DNA of 64,000 nucleotides. Origin: a virus. Lineage: Duplodnaviria; Heunggongvirae; Uroviricota; Caudoviricetes. Made by a program: the position numbers and the translations under genes. Within the stretch, counting starts at the first letter, position 1, and each line of letters begins with the position of its first letter. Location of the stretch: IMG/VR virus record IMGVR_UViG_3300047159_000049. The stretch is one strand, 5' to 3'. The notes beneath the pieces are model-generated. The model saw only the letters and a list, made by a program, of their open reading frames with translations, made no database searches and was not told the DNA's origin. Positions 10,268-20,051 of the stretch are shown piece after piece.

Positions 10268-10786
10268 ATGTTCGAGGATGACTACAATAACGGAATGAAT
10301 GTCGAAGTTCCTACGTTCGGCGATTGGTTCGATTCGTTTTTCAACGGAGCCGCGCCGTTCAGCAAGAGCTGGATCAGATATAACCGTCCGCTTCATGAAG
10401 TCGATGGCTACAAAGTCTATCCGGCAAAAGGGAATCCGAACGGATTAATCGTTGTCGTCAACACCGCCGGAATCCAAGCGAAAGACGTCTCCGTCACATG
10501 CACGCAGAGCAAGACGCTTCACATCTGTGGCAAGACTACTATCGATGCCATTGGCGAAACGAACTCTGTCGACATCTCGCTCAAGATCAATGTCGTCAAT
10601 CCGATCGAGAAGATCGCTTCGAAGACGATCGATGGGTACACCTATATCTATATGCTGTTCAAGTCTAAAGACGCCGAAGCCGTCAAAGTGACTAGCCTAG
10701 AAGACAATCACGACTTCTTCGAGCTCGAGGATAAGAAGGCAGATAGCAAAGCAGACACCAAGTCAGAAGCCAAGCCTTCCAAGTGA
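10268..10786 (+). CDS. hypothetical protein
   Basis: ORF with an ATG start. Confidence 0.5.
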   Translation: MFEDDYNNGMNVEVPTFGDWFDSFFNGAAPFSKSWIRYNRPLHEVDGYKVYPAKGNPNGLIVVVNTAGIQAKDVSVTCTQSKTLHICGKTTIDAIGETNSVDISLKINVVNPIEKIASKTIDGYTYIYMLFKSKDAEAVKVTSLEDNHDFFELEDKKADSKADTKSEAKPSK

Positions 10787-10940
10787 TACTTTTAAGCTTT
10801 TGTCGATTTTTGGCACATCCCATTTAGCACTAGACAGCCGGCCTATAGCCGGCTTTCCGGTGCCTTTGCATATTTTGCATTTTCAAGCCTTTTATAGTAA
10901 ATAGTTGCGTTTTAGGCAATAATACATTATATTAGAGTCT

Positions 10941-10960
10941 GGAAATAAAATATTTTATCC
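10941..10960 (+). repeat. AT-motif copy, palindromic variant GGAAATAAAATATTTTATCC
   Basis: Intergenic, 20 nt before the 10982 start. Confidence 0.65.
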
Positions 10961-10981
10961 AGGAAGCGAGGCACATTTCAT

Positions 10982-11224
10982 ATGAGCGATAGCGTCAAGA
11001 AGCCCGAGAAAGACTCTCAGAAACCGAAGATCATCAAAGCATCGGATCTCGCCAGGATCATCGGCGTGACCTCCCAGACGATCAGAAATCACGTCAATGA
11101 GGGATTGCTTAATCCTCTCATCATCAACGGAAGGTACTATTTCACGATGGACGAGGTCGCAAGATACCTCGGCGAAGGCAAGAAATCCGGAGATCATAAA
11201 TCATCAAAGAAGGATGGCGAATAA
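10982..11224 (+). CDS. small HTH DNA-binding protein (MerR/excisionase-like)
   Basis: IIKASDLARIIGVTSQTIRNHVNEGLL helix-turn-helix pattern. Confidence 0.5.
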   Translation: MSDSVKKPEKDSQKPKIIKASDLARIIGVTSQTIRNHVNEGLLNPLIINGRYYFTMDEVARYLGEGKKSGDHKSSKKDGE

Positions 11225-11227
11225 GCC

Positions 11228-13297
11228 ATGGCAAAGAAATACTTAGTCTTAGTCGAGTCTCCAGGCAAGGTTCACAAGATATCTCAGATCCTTGGGCCGA
11301 ATTACAACGTTCAGGCGTCGATCGGGCATATCGCCAGGATCGCCGACAGCGGAAAATACAGCCTCGGCATCAACGTGGACAAAGACTTCGAGATGGATCT
11401 TGAAGTCGATCCTAAGAAAGCCGAAGTCGTCAAGAGCCTGCGCTCAGCCGTCAAGAACGCCGACATCGTCTATCTGGCATCCGACGCCGACCGCGAAGGG
11501 GAGATGATCTCCTATTCGCTTAAGCGCTTCCTTCAGATCCCCGATGAGAAAGCGAAGAGAATAACTTTCACCGAGATCACCGAATCGGCCATCAAGGAAT
11601 CAGTCAAGAAGCCAGGCGTCATAGACGACAACATGGTCGAAAGCGCCATGACGCGCATGAGCCTTGACAAGATCATAGGATACCGCCTGTCCGGAGTCGT
11701 TCAGCGCAAGCTATGCTGCAAATCGGCAGGCCGCGTCCAATCGGCAGGACTGAAGATCCTGTGCGACAGGGAGAATGAGATCAAGGCATTCGTCCCCGTT
11801 CAATATTTCGAGCTGTATCTCCCGTTTGATAAGAATGGCGTCATATACGAAGCCAAATACCGCGGAACTGACGCCAAGCGCATGTCGACGTTCAAGAGCC
11901 GAGACGACGCGATCGCCGTCATGAACGAATGCAAGCCCGGCAACTACAACGTCGGAAAGATCGAAAGCTCTGACAGAGTCGTCAAATCAAAGCTTCCGTT
12001 CACGACAAGCACGTTTCAGCAGGATTGCTCGTCGAAGCTAAACTACACTCCGAAGAAAGCCATGGAGATCGCCCAGAAGCTGTATGAGCAAGGGTTCATT
12101 TCGTACATGAGAACCGACGCCGTCAGATTCTCCGACGAATTCATCGAAGCCGCCAAGAACAAGATCGTCGGCGAGTTCGGGAGCCAATACTACACCGGGC
12201 TCCGCATCCCGAAGGATCAGAACAAGGATGCCCAGAACGCGCATGAATCGATTCGCCCGACGCACATCGAAGACACCCCCGAAGCGCTGGCCCTCAAATT
12301 GGACTCGGAGCAATTCAACGTCTATAAGCTCATCTATTCCAGATCTCTGGCGGCTTTGATGGCCGATGAGATCATGACGGATCTCGAAACCTCGATCTAT
12401 AACGGGGCCAACAGATTCTCGTTCATCGCGCACTCTGTCAAGTTCGACGGATTCGCCAAAGCCTACAATTACACCGATCCGGACGAGGAAGACGCCAAGT
12501 TCCCGGTCATGTCGATGAATGAGCATGTCAAAGACGGTCCGCTTCGGCTAGACGAGAAATCGACTAACCCGCCAGCCAGATACACGGAAGCTGGGCTCGT
12601 CAAAGCCCTCGAGGATTCCGGCGTTGGCCGCCCATCGACATACGCGACGATCATCGGCGTTCTCAAAGACGCCGCCAGAGGATACACCGAGATGGTAGGC
12701 AAAACGATGAAGCCGACAGACAAGGGTCTGCTTCTGTCAAAATTCCTCGACGATCATTTCTCAGACATCATCTCCCTCGAATACACGTCAGAGATGGAAT
12801 CCAAATTGGACGAGATAGCCGGAGGCAAAGCCACCCGCGTCCCGACGCTGAAGGATTTCTACGGCAAGTTCGATCCTGAGATCAAAGCCGTCAAGGACAT
12901 CGAGGTCGAAGGCCGCCCCGTCGTCGAGAAAGTCGAAGGCCGCAAATGCCCGCTGTGCGGACACGATCTCGTCTATCGCAACGGCAGATACGGCAGATTC
13001 ATAGCCTGCTCAAACTACATGAGAGGCCACTGCAAGTACACCGAGCGCCTGGATGCCAATGGCAACCCCATCCCGTCAAGCGCCAGCGACAAGAAGCCAG
13101 CCCCGGAAAAGACCGGGTTCAAATGCCCTAAATGCGGAGGCGACGTCATCAAGCGCCATTCCGCCAAGACCGGCCAGGACTTCTACGGATGCTCAAACTA
13201 CCCGAAATGCCATCAGGTATGGTCTCAGGCATCCTTCGATGAGACGTTCAAAGGCGCCAAGAAGAAAATAAATAAAATTTCCGTCGATAAAGACTAA
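11228..13297 (+). CDS. type IA DNA topoisomerase (TopA/Topo III-like) with C-terminal zinc ribbons
   Basis: Toprim LVLVESPGKVHKI. Active-site region GFISYMRTDAV. Two Cys4 ribbons (CPLCG...CSNY, CPKCG...CSNYPKC). Confidence 0.85.
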   Translation: MAKKYLVLVESPGKVHKISQILGPNYNVQASIGHIARIADSGKYSLGINVDKDFEMDLEVDPKKAEVVKSLRSAVKNADIVYLASDADREGEMISYSLKRFLQIPDEKAKRITFTEITESAIKESVKKPGVIDDNMVESAMTRMSLDKIIGYRLSGVVQRKLCCKSAGRVQSAGLKILCDRENEIKAFVPVQYFELYLPFDKNGVIYEAKYRGTDAKRMSTFKSRDDAIAVMNECKPGNYNVGKIESSDRVVKSKLPFTTSTFQQDCSSKLNYTPKKAMEIAQKLYEQGFISYMRTDAVRFSDEFIEAAKNKIVGEFGSQYYTGLRIPKDQNKDAQNAHESIRPTHIEDTPEALALKLDSEQFNVYKLIYSRSLAALMADEIMTDLETSIYNGANRFSFIAHSVKFDGFAKAYNYTDPDEEDAKFPVMSMNEHVKDGPLRLDEKSTNPPARYTEAGLVKALEDSGVGRPSTYATIIGVLKDAARGYTEMVGKTMKPTDKGLLLSKFLDDHFSDIISLEYTSEMESKLDEIAGGKATRVPTLKDFYGKFDPEIKAVKDIEVEGRPVVEKVEGRKCPLCGHDLVYRNGRYGRFIACSNYMRGHCKYTERLDANGNPIPSSASDKKPAPEKTGFKCPKCGGDVIKRHSAKTGQDFYGCSNYPKCHQVWSQASFDETFKGAKKKINKISVDKD
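13261..13282 (+). repeat. AT-motif copy
   Basis: Encodes the last residues (KKINKIS) of the topoisomerase. Confidence 0.55.
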
Positions 13298-13302
13298 CCG
13301 CG

Positions 13303-13327
13303 GAAGGGCCTGGGCAACAGGCCCTTT
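13303..13327 (+). terminator. intrinsic terminator after the topoisomerase gene
   Basis: GGGCCTG-GGCAA-CAGGCCC plus TTTTT. Confidence 0.6.
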
Positions 13328-13345
13328 TTCGTGCTTAAAAATAGA

Positions 13346-13376
13346 GATATATGATTTTGGTGCCAGGAAGGAAGAG
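13346..13376 (+). promoter_or_regulatory. GATATATGAT-family element copy 1
   Basis: GATATATGATTTTGGTGCCAGGAAGGAAGAG. Confidence 0.45.
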
Positions 13377-13464
13377 ATCGCCAAAATCCCCTTGTACAAA
13401 GGCTAAATTGGTTGGCGACTTCTGCCATTTCTTGGCTGTGCCTCCTAACACAAAGGCATGATTT

Positions 13465-13524
13465 AAAGACCCATACAGCATCCTATAGGAACTGAATATT
13501 TCACTCCCGCAAGGGATGGGTCTT
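13465..13524 (+). ncRNA. structured element A1: TTTAAAGACCCATACAGCA ... ATGGGTCTT (9-bp stem, about 41-nt loop)
   Basis: Inverted repeat read directly. A paralogous copy lies at 15521. Confidence 0.3.
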
Positions 13525-13570
13525 GCATTATGCCCAAATAAGAGGTATAGTTAAGCAGTCTCAAATAAAG

Positions 13571-13860
13571 GCGCGCACAGCAACCACAACATTTTATCAC
13601 TGAAAATGGTAAGGCCTCATGGCCCCGCGCCTTGTTAAATCTATTCTATATAATCAACATAAATATTAGGCACTTGCAGCAACCAAACCAAACAAAATCC
13701 ACATTTTTGTAAAAAGGTGCCTAGCTAAATCGATCAATACGACTTAAGCGCTCACAGCAATAAGATCACAGAACCAGGCTATTGCTAGCGTGAAAGGCGC
13801 CGGCGTTAAGTAGCAACGTTTCAAAAGCCGTTCGTTAATACGGGTCAGCGCTTAGACAGT
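13571..13860 (+). repeat. four spaced iteron-like repeats GCRCTYRCAGCAA (13571, 13669, 13748, 13847)
   Basis: Read by eye in a 600-bp ORF-free region. Confidence 0.4.
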
Positions 13861-13894
13861 CGTTCTACATGATAACCACAGGAGGTACACAATC

Positions 13895-15517
13895 ATGGAC
13901 AACAAGAATTTCATGGCCGCGATGCAAACCGAGGCCGACAAAGCTCAGAATTATTCTGAGACCGAGAACGGGGCGGTCGGCTACAAGTCGACCGGATCCG
14001 AACTTCTCAATATCAATTTCGCGGCATCGTCGTTCAGATCGATGCCGGAATCCGGAATCGCCGCCAATTTCGAGAAAGCCTATGATGAGAGCAACGAGCT
14101 CGCCATGAAATGGGCCTTCTATCTTCGCGACGTCCGCGGCGGAATGGGCGAGCGCCGTTCTTTCAGAGCCATCATCAAATGGCTCGCCGACAATCATTTG
14201 GATGACTTGAAGAAAGTCATTTCTATGATCCCGGAATACGGCCGCTGGGACGATCTCTTCGTCCTGTTCGGAACCAAAGGCGAATCGGCGATGGCCGAAG
14301 TCGTCAAGGCCGAATGGGCCGCCGAGACCAAAGACGCCGCGGCCAACACCCAACGGATCTACGGCCTTGCGAAATGGGCTCCGTCCGAGAACGCCTCGAG
14401 CGAAGAGACCAAGATGCTCAGCTCCAAAGTCCGCGGGATCCTCGGAGTCAGTCCGAGAGATTACCGCAAGGCTCTTTCGAAGATGCGCGCCATCAGCGGC
14501 ATCGTCGAGACTAAGATGTCCGCCAACGATTGGAAGGACATCGACTTCTCGAAAGTTCCGTCGAAGGCGTCTGCGAACTATGCCAAAGCATTCGACCGCC
14601 ACGATCAGTCGAGATATGAAAAGTACCTCGAGGACGTCAAAGCCGGAGTTGCCAAGATCAACGCCGGAGCGATCCTCCCGCCGGACATCTATCACAAGGT
14701 GTCGACGATGATCTATCTGACATACGGCAAGGCCAACTACCTTCTACATTGCAGCGGATTCAGAAAGATCGACGGATACACCGTGCCCACCCAGAACAAA
14801 GCCGCGGTCGATGCGCTGAACCTCCAATGGAACAGCCTGCCGGCCCCAGCCAAAGATCTTCCTACGACTCTCGTGATCACCGATGGCAGCGGATCAATGA
14901 CCGCATTTGCCACCAAAGGATCCGATGTCATGAACATCGACATCGGCCGAGCGCTCGGCATCTATTTCGCCGAGCACTGCAAAGGCGAGTTCCACAACAA
15001 GATGATCACTTTCAGCGAGCGTCCTGAATTCATCGATCTCGACAAGGCTCCCACTCAGGACCTTGCCGGAAAGATCGCTTACGTCAGCCAATACGACGAA
15101 GTGGCCAACACCGATATCAAGAAGGTCTTCGACCTGATCCTTAAAACCGCCAAAAACGGCAATATGGCTCAGTCTGATCTTCCTGGGACCGTGCTGATCA
15201 TCTCCGACATGGAGTTCGACCAAGGAGCCACCGGACTTGACGCGGCGTACGATCCTAGCGTCAAAGATCCGACTTTGTTCGGCGAGATCGGAGCTGAGTT
15301 CGAAGCCGCCGGCTACAAGCTGCCCCGCCTCGTCTACTGGAATCTCGGATCGCGCTCCGGCACGATTCCGATGACCCAGAACGACAAAGGCGTCTGCCTC
15401 GTCAGCGGATACTCCCAGAACGCCGTCAAGATGTTCATGGACGGAGACACGGACCCCTACAAGGCCTTGGTCAAAGTCCTAATGTCCGACAGATACGCCG
15501 CGGTCACCCTCAAGTGA
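13895..15517 (+). CDS. vWA-domain protein
   Basis: MIDAS-like VITDGSGSMT. Preceded by RBS AGGAGG. Confidence 0.6.
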   Translation: MDNKNFMAAMQTEADKAQNYSETENGAVGYKSTGSELLNINFAASSFRSMPESGIAANFEKAYDESNELAMKWAFYLRDVRGGMGERRSFRAIIKWLADNHLDDLKKVISMIPEYGRWDDLFVLFGTKGESAMAEVVKAEWAAETKDAAANTQRIYGLAKWAPSENASSEETKMLSSKVRGILGVSPRDYRKALSKMRAISGIVETKMSANDWKDIDFSKVPSKASANYAKAFDRHDQSRYEKYLEDVKAGVAKINAGAILPPDIYHKVSTMIYLTYGKANYLLHCSGFRKIDGYTVPTQNKAAVDALNLQWNSLPAPAKDLPTTLVITDGSGSMTAFATKGSDVMNIDIGRALGIYFAEHCKGEFHNKMITFSERPEFIDLDKAPTQDLAGKIAYVSQYDEVANTDIKKVFDLILKTAKNGNMAQSDLPGTVLIISDMEFDQGATGLDAAYDPSVKDPTLFGEIGAEFEAAGYKLPRLVYWNLGSRSGTIPMTQNDKGVCLVSGYSQNAVKMFMDGDTDPYKALVKVLMSDRYAAVTLK

Positions 15518-15520
15518 CCG

Positions 15521-15585
15521 TTTAAAGGCCCATACAGCAATCAACCATTAAATTGCACATTTACCTCTGCGTCAGCAGATGGGCC
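15521..15585 (+). ncRNA. structured element A2: TTTAAAGGCCCATACAGCA ... ATGGGCCTT
   Basis: Same 19-mer and stem with compensatory changes (A/G, T/C). Confidence 0.3.
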
Positions 15586-15593
15586 TTGTTACT

Positions 15594-15640
15594 CCAGAAG
15601 CTTAGGTCAAACGCCTATGCTTCTGGGGTTTATTTTTTTA
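15594..15640 (+). terminator. intrinsic terminator
   Basis: 8-bp stem CCAGAAGC/GCTTCTGG plus T-run. Confidence 0.55.
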
Positions 15641-15647
15641 TTTCCCC
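15625..15647 (-). repeat. AT-motif copy GGTTTATTTTTTTATTTCCCC
   Basis: Follows a terminator hairpin. Confidence 0.65.
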
Positions 15648-15673
15648 GGCTCCGTATTTCAAGAGGATAAGGA

Positions 15674-15700
15674 AATATATGATTTGAATGAAGAAGATGG
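15674..15700 (+). promoter_or_regulatory. GATATATGAT-family element copy 2
   Basis: AATATATGATTTGAATGAAGAAGATGG. Confidence 0.45.
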
Positions 15701-15781
15701 ATCGGATGCTTGGTCTATGCCAGTCCATCTCCGGGGTTGCTCGCCTGCCAACAGAAAGAGCATTGCACAAGGAGGCGCAAT

Positions 15782-16318
15782 ATGATTCAAATCGTTAACA
15801 ACTATGAATTCGAAAGGAAGCCTTTCAGCAGCTCAACCGAGCTGTTCAATCAGCTTTTAGCTGATTCCGAGGCTTTGATCTTCAGAAAGATCATCAGCTA
15901 CAACGGCAGCGACGCGCATGAGTTCACGACTCACGCGATCATCATCACAGCCAGCTATGCCAAGAAATTCGTTTCGCGCAAGACCGGGACCACCGAAGTC
16001 CTTCCGGTCGCGGCCAAGGACATCTTCAAGGTGGATCCTTTGGCCAACGGGAATGGAACGACGACATTCCAATTCCGTTATACCGATCCGAAGACTGGCG
16101 AGGTTCGCTATAGCAGCGGCGAACTTGTTGTTATCCTTCAGATCTACGTCGGAGACGACCATGGCCGCCCGGAGCGGATCGAAGTCGATCCGGCGTCTAT
16201 CTGCGGCATGTCCGCTGAGGACATCTTCAAGAAGTATGCCTATGACTTCTTGGAAAAGAAGTACGAAGCCGCTGAGCAGCGTTTTCAGCAACGCAAGCAG
16301 CAAGGCGGCCAGCACTGA
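15782..16318 (+). CDS. hypothetical protein
   Basis: ATG after an AAGGAGG RBS. Confidence 0.5.
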   Translation: MIQIVNNYEFERKPFSSSTELFNQLLADSEALIFRKIISYNGSDAHEFTTHAIIITASYAKKFVSRKTGTTEVLPVAAKDIFKVDPLANGNGTTTFQFRYTDPKTGEVRYSSGELVVILQIYVGDDHGRPERIEVDPASICGMSAEDIFKKYAYDFLEKKYEAAEQRFQQRKQQGGQH

Positions 16319-16356
16319 TCAGCAAGCGCCGGGAAGACAGCATCTTCCCGGGGCTG

Positions 16357-16557
16357 ATGAATCCCGCCAAACGGCGGAAGGAGTTGATTCCTATGCCATC
16401 AACAAAGAGCAACGACAAACTTAATCTATACTCTAGCTCTACCAAGGATGCTGGCTTCGTGCATCACGTTTGCGCCAATCTAAACATCCTTGGATTATTC
16501 GGATGCTCAGGATTCGAGGTGTCGAAAGACGATCCGAGAAAACTAAATCTCAAATGA
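16357..16557 (+). CDS. possible small protein
   Basis: Short ORF ending just before a terminator hairpin. Weak RBS. Confidence 0.25.
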   Translation: MNPAKRRKELIPMPSTKSNDKLNLYSSSTKDAGFVHHVCANLNILGLFGCSGFEVSKDDPRKLNLK

Positions 16558-16590
16558 ACCCGATCCGATTCGGGTTCTTTTTTTTATTTC
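16558..16590 (+). terminator. intrinsic terminator
   Basis: GAACCCGA-TCCGAT-TCGGGTTC plus T9. Confidence 0.6.
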
Positions 16591-16593
16591 CCG
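16579..16593 (-). repeat. AT-motif copy (T-run plus ATTTCCC)
   Basis: Follows a terminator hairpin, 30 nt before the ATG at 16623. Confidence 0.55.
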
Positions 16594-16622
16594 GCGGCGT
16601 CCGGCGTCCCGAACAATTGATT

Positions 16623-18299
16623 ATGACCGAAGAAACACGCAAAATGATAGAAGACGTCCTTAATACAGAGGAGACCATAATGCTCATCGAATCAGCCGGA
16701 TTCGGAGCTGAGAGCATCTCCCAGACCAGAGCCGAAGTCAAGAAGAAATCCCACTCCAACGCAGTCGAGGATTACAAAAGGGCCAAGGCCGAGCTTGCCA
16801 GACTCGAAGTGGCGATGTCATCCGCTCAAAATCCTGCCGATAAGGCTCAGATGCAAGCGGCCATATCCGCAATGAAAGCGAAGATAATGGAGCTTGATGC
16901 CAAACGCACCAGCTCATTCAACGATCAGAAGGATGCCGTCGCCAACGTTAAGAAAGAATCGGAAGACCCGCTTGAAGGAATATCTCTTAAAGACATCGCC
17001 GATTCCATTCTTAGAGAATCCGAGAACGTCGCTCCGGCCGAAGCGACTCTTCCTGATCAGGCTCAGCAATCGGTGAAAGCATCCGCGCGAAGCAATCCGG
17101 AAACCCAAGCGGCCCAGAAGTCCATCCTGATGCTCAAGTCGAACAAAGAGGCCCTCGATAAGCGCGAAGAGAACATCAAGGATCATACGAATAAGCAGAT
17201 CGATCAGATAACGAAGAGCAAGCAGATCATAGATGACAAGATCTCCAGGATAGAAGCTGCGTCTAAGCCGATCAACGGCAGCCTTGAAATGGATCCGTCA
17301 GCATTCGAGACGTCGATCAACGAAGAGCTCGACGAGATAGATGAGGAGCTTTCTTATCTTGAAGAAGGCCCGCTGTCCGCGCTGATCGGAAAAATAAAAA
17401 AAAGCCACATCGACAAGAAGTCTTCCGCCCTCAAGCAGAAGCAAGTCGATCTCAACACCCAGCTCACAAAGCTTGAAAGTGAGCTTTCCATCTTGGGAGA
17501 CAGCCATCCAGGCAAAGCTAGGTCTCTCGAAGATAAGATCGAATTCCTTCGTTCTGAGATCGATCAGATCAGCCAAGAGCTTACCGATCTTGATTCAAAG
17601 CGCATATCGATCAAAGAAACGTCTGATCCCGAAACCAATCTAAGCCAGATGATCGATGAAGGCATATCGTTCAGCCGAAAGAAAGTCGAATACTACAAGT
17701 CGCAAATAGACAGCCTCACGAAGCGCATCGACGAATATCAGGCAAAATACGATGACATCGGCCCAGGCCACGTCGTCGCGAGATATCAGCTTCGCAAACG
17801 CATCGCCGAAGCCCAAGCCAAAATAGACAGAATCAATGACAAGCTAAGCAAATACGACGCCGACCAATCCGAGCCTTCGGATCCATCGACAGGAGCCCCG
17901 ATCGGAGCCGCCGCCATGGCCGAGGATTATGAATTCGCGCCAGATCTTAGATTCACGCACAAGATGTCTCCGTCTCCCGTGAGATTGGCTCAAGAGAAGA
18001 GCATCGTCCCGTTCGACACCAAGCAAAAGGAGCTCGCGGCCAAAGCAATAAGCAATGACACGAACTCAGGCCTGGCTTTCAGCGGAACGTCTGGGAAAGT
18101 CCTCAATTATCTGGTCGGAGGAGATGACGACGGCGACCCTGACACCCAAGCCAAAGCCGAGCAGCTGATGTCCGATACCACAGCAGCCAGCATGGTCCGA
18201 GCGCTTAGGCGGGCATTCAGAAACCCTGACGCCGACCCCAAAGAGATAGCCAGGCTCAAGATGAAGATCGACATGGCCTATCGCAAGACAGTCAGATAG
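16623..18299 (+). CDS. coiled-coil protein
   Basis: Long heptad-like, K/E/Q-rich sequence. ATG at 16623 downstream of a terminator plus AT-motif. Confidence 0.5.
   Translation: MTEETRKMIEDVLNTEETIMLIESAGFGAESISQTRAEVKKKSHSNAVEDYKRAKAELARLEVAMSSAQNPADKAQMQAAISAMKAKIMELDAKRTSSFNDQKDAVANVKKESEDPLEGISLKDIADSILRESENVAPAEATLPDQAQQSVKASARSNPETQAAQKSILMLKSNKEALDKREENIKDHTNKQIDQITKSKQIIDDKISRIEAASKPINGSLEMDPSAFETSINEELDEIDEELSYLEEGPLSALIGKIKKSHIDKKSSALKQKQVDLNTQLTKLESELSILGDSHPGKARSLEDKIEFLRSEIDQISQELTDLDSKRISIKETSDPETNLSQMIDEGISFSRKKVEYYKSQIDSLTKRIDEYQAKYDDIGPGHVVARYQLRKRIAEAQAKIDRINDKLSKYDADQSEPSDPSTGAPIGAAAMAEDYEFAPDLRFTHKMSPSPVRLAQEKSIVPFDTKQKELAAKAISNDTNSGLAFSGTSGKVLNYLVGGDDDGDPDTQAKAEQLMSDTTAASMVRALRRAFRNPDADPKEIARLKMKIDMAYRKTVR
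17388..17406 (+). repeat. AT-motif variant GGAAAAATAAAAAAAAGCC
   Basis: Intragenic, encodes GKIKKS. Confidence 0.4.
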
Positions 18300-18352
18300 C
18301 CTAAAGCCGCCGGAAAAGATCCGACGGCTTTTCTTTCGCTTTGCCGCCGGAC

Positions 18353-18380
18353 GATATATACTTCTTATGAGAAAGGAAGC
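18353..18380 (+). promoter_or_regulatory. GATATATGAT-family element copy 3 (variant GATATATACTTCTTATGAGAAAGGAAG)
   Basis: Upstream of the RNase H gene. Confidence 0.4.
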
Positions 18381-18388
18381 GACAATTT

Positions 18389-19216
18389 GTGAAATTCGTT
18401 TTGTTTAACATCAAAACATTCGGATGGGCCTCAATGCGAATAACCGATGAATGCATAGTCAAAAATCTTCCCTATGCCAAGAAGACCAAAGACCGGATGA
18501 CCGGCGAAGCCAGCTATGAGTTCGTTTTATCCAAATGCGACGAAAACGCATCCGACCCTGTAAGCGACTACGTGAATGCGATAGTAGCCGATCATGCGAT
18601 TCCATCAACGGTTCCAGATTACATGCTTAACACGATTTCCGATTCCATCGCCAAAGCATTCGCTGACAATACGGAGAAATTGGACCAGGATCACATCAAG
18701 GTCTATCCGTTGGCGGTCATTGATTCAAAAGATATCGGCATGAGCTACTGCGACGGAAGCTCAAGCTCTAAGAAGCCAGCCGCCGGATTCGCGTCGGTGA
18801 CTTTGTATGATCCAAACGAATCCGATTCGCCGATGATCGAATCGTTCTCCGGGCTTCCGAAATGCTACAACGCTTTCAGCGGGTCCATCAAAGGAGGCAC
18901 CAACAACGTCGGGGAGCTTACCGCGATCGGGTCATGCGTCAAAAACTCCGACGCCCACACGATACAGATCATCGCGTCAGACTCGGCATACGCCATCGGC
19001 GCGTTCCGCGAATGGATCGACAATTGGAAATCCAATGGATACAGAGGATACTCCGGCTCCAAAATAACCAATGCCGACCTAATCAAAAGCGTGGAGTCGA
19101 TGATCGACGACCGCAAAGGAGACGTGTTCCTGTTCAGATGGATCAAAGGCCACGACGAGGACAACTTCAATGAGATCTGCGATCGGCTCGCCAAAGACGC
19201 CATCGGCGTGAAATGA
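18389..19216 (+). CDS. RNase HI-domain protein
   Basis: C-terminal CDGS...NNVGELTAIG...DSAY...WIKGHDEDNFNEICDRLA matches the RNase H1 motif order. Confidence 0.6.
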   Translation: MKFVLFNIKTFGWASMRITDECIVKNLPYAKKTKDRMTGEASYEFVLSKCDENASDPVSDYVNAIVADHAIPSTVPDYMLNTISDSIAKAFADNTEKLDQDHIKVYPLAVIDSKDIGMSYCDGSSSSKKPAAGFASVTLYDPNESDSPMIESFSGLPKCYNAFSGSIKGGTNNVGELTAIGSCVKNSDAHTIQIIASDSAYAIGAFREWIDNWKSNGYRGYSGSKITNADLIKSVESMIDDRKGDVFLFRWIKGHDEDNFNEICDRLAKDAIGVK

Positions 19217-19265
19217 CTTGCGAACGGGCGATACGTGTCCTATAGTTAGAAAGGAAGCGATCGGC

Positions 19266-20042
19266 ATGGACACCCAGACAGAAGCAATCGTAGCCAGGAC
19301 GACTTATCTCGATCCTGACATCAGCTACATCAAGAATGCGACGATAACCGAATGGGATATCCATTCAGCCGGCCTTTCCGTGCTTGAGCATAAGCATCTG
19401 CTTAGCCAAACGGAGATCGACTCCCTCAAAGCCATGAGCAAAGAGGACCGAGTCGTTTCCATCGGCAAGAAGATAATCAGAAATCCTGAGCTGTCGAAAG
19501 CGATACTCGATGGCCTGGCCGAAGTCCGAAAGGAATTCGCCGAGGCCAACGGATTAACGTCACGAGACATACTATCGATCAAGAAAGACGCTATCTTCGT
19601 CATCAACAAGTATCCTACGGTCTCCGTGTTCGGAGACGGCGTGTTCGTGTTCAGGCCCAAGAGTACCTACTCGACTTACATGAGATTGGGCCATCAGCCG
19701 TTCGAGGCATACTACTCGGCGGCCAGCCGAAGCGTCGAGATAAAAGGCGTTTCAGAAGACGCCCGAGAGCGGCAGAAAGATCATATCATAAAGGACATTG
19801 GGCGGATGCTCGGCCAAGCAGAGATGCTTGAGCATGACCGGATGTTCAAAGTCCTCGTCGATTATCGTAGGGATTATCTGTCGAAGAGCTTGGACAAAGA
19901 GACTTACCGAAGCCTGATCGACGGCAAGTTCTCATTCGGGAGATACGAAGCCGATGAGATATCGGACGACGATCTTCCAGACCTCGATGTGTCAGCCAAC
20001 TTCAACGAGGCGATACTTCCGCTGATCGCCAACATCATTTAG
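19266..20042 (+). CDS. hypothetical protein
   Basis: ATG after a GAAAGGAAG RBS. Confidence 0.5.
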   Translation: MDTQTEAIVARTTYLDPDISYIKNATITEWDIHSAGLSVLEHKHLLSQTEIDSLKAMSKEDRVVSIGKKIIRNPELSKAILDGLAEVRKEFAEANGLTSRDILSIKKDAIFVINKYPTVSVFGDGVFVFRPKSTYSTYMRLGHQPFEAYYSAASRSVEIKGVSEDARERQKDHIIKDIGRMLGQAEMLEHDRMFKVLVDYRRDYLSKSLDKETYRSLIDGKFSFGRYEADEISDDDLPDLDVSANFNEAILPLIANII

Positions 20043-20051
20043 GAGGCCGCC

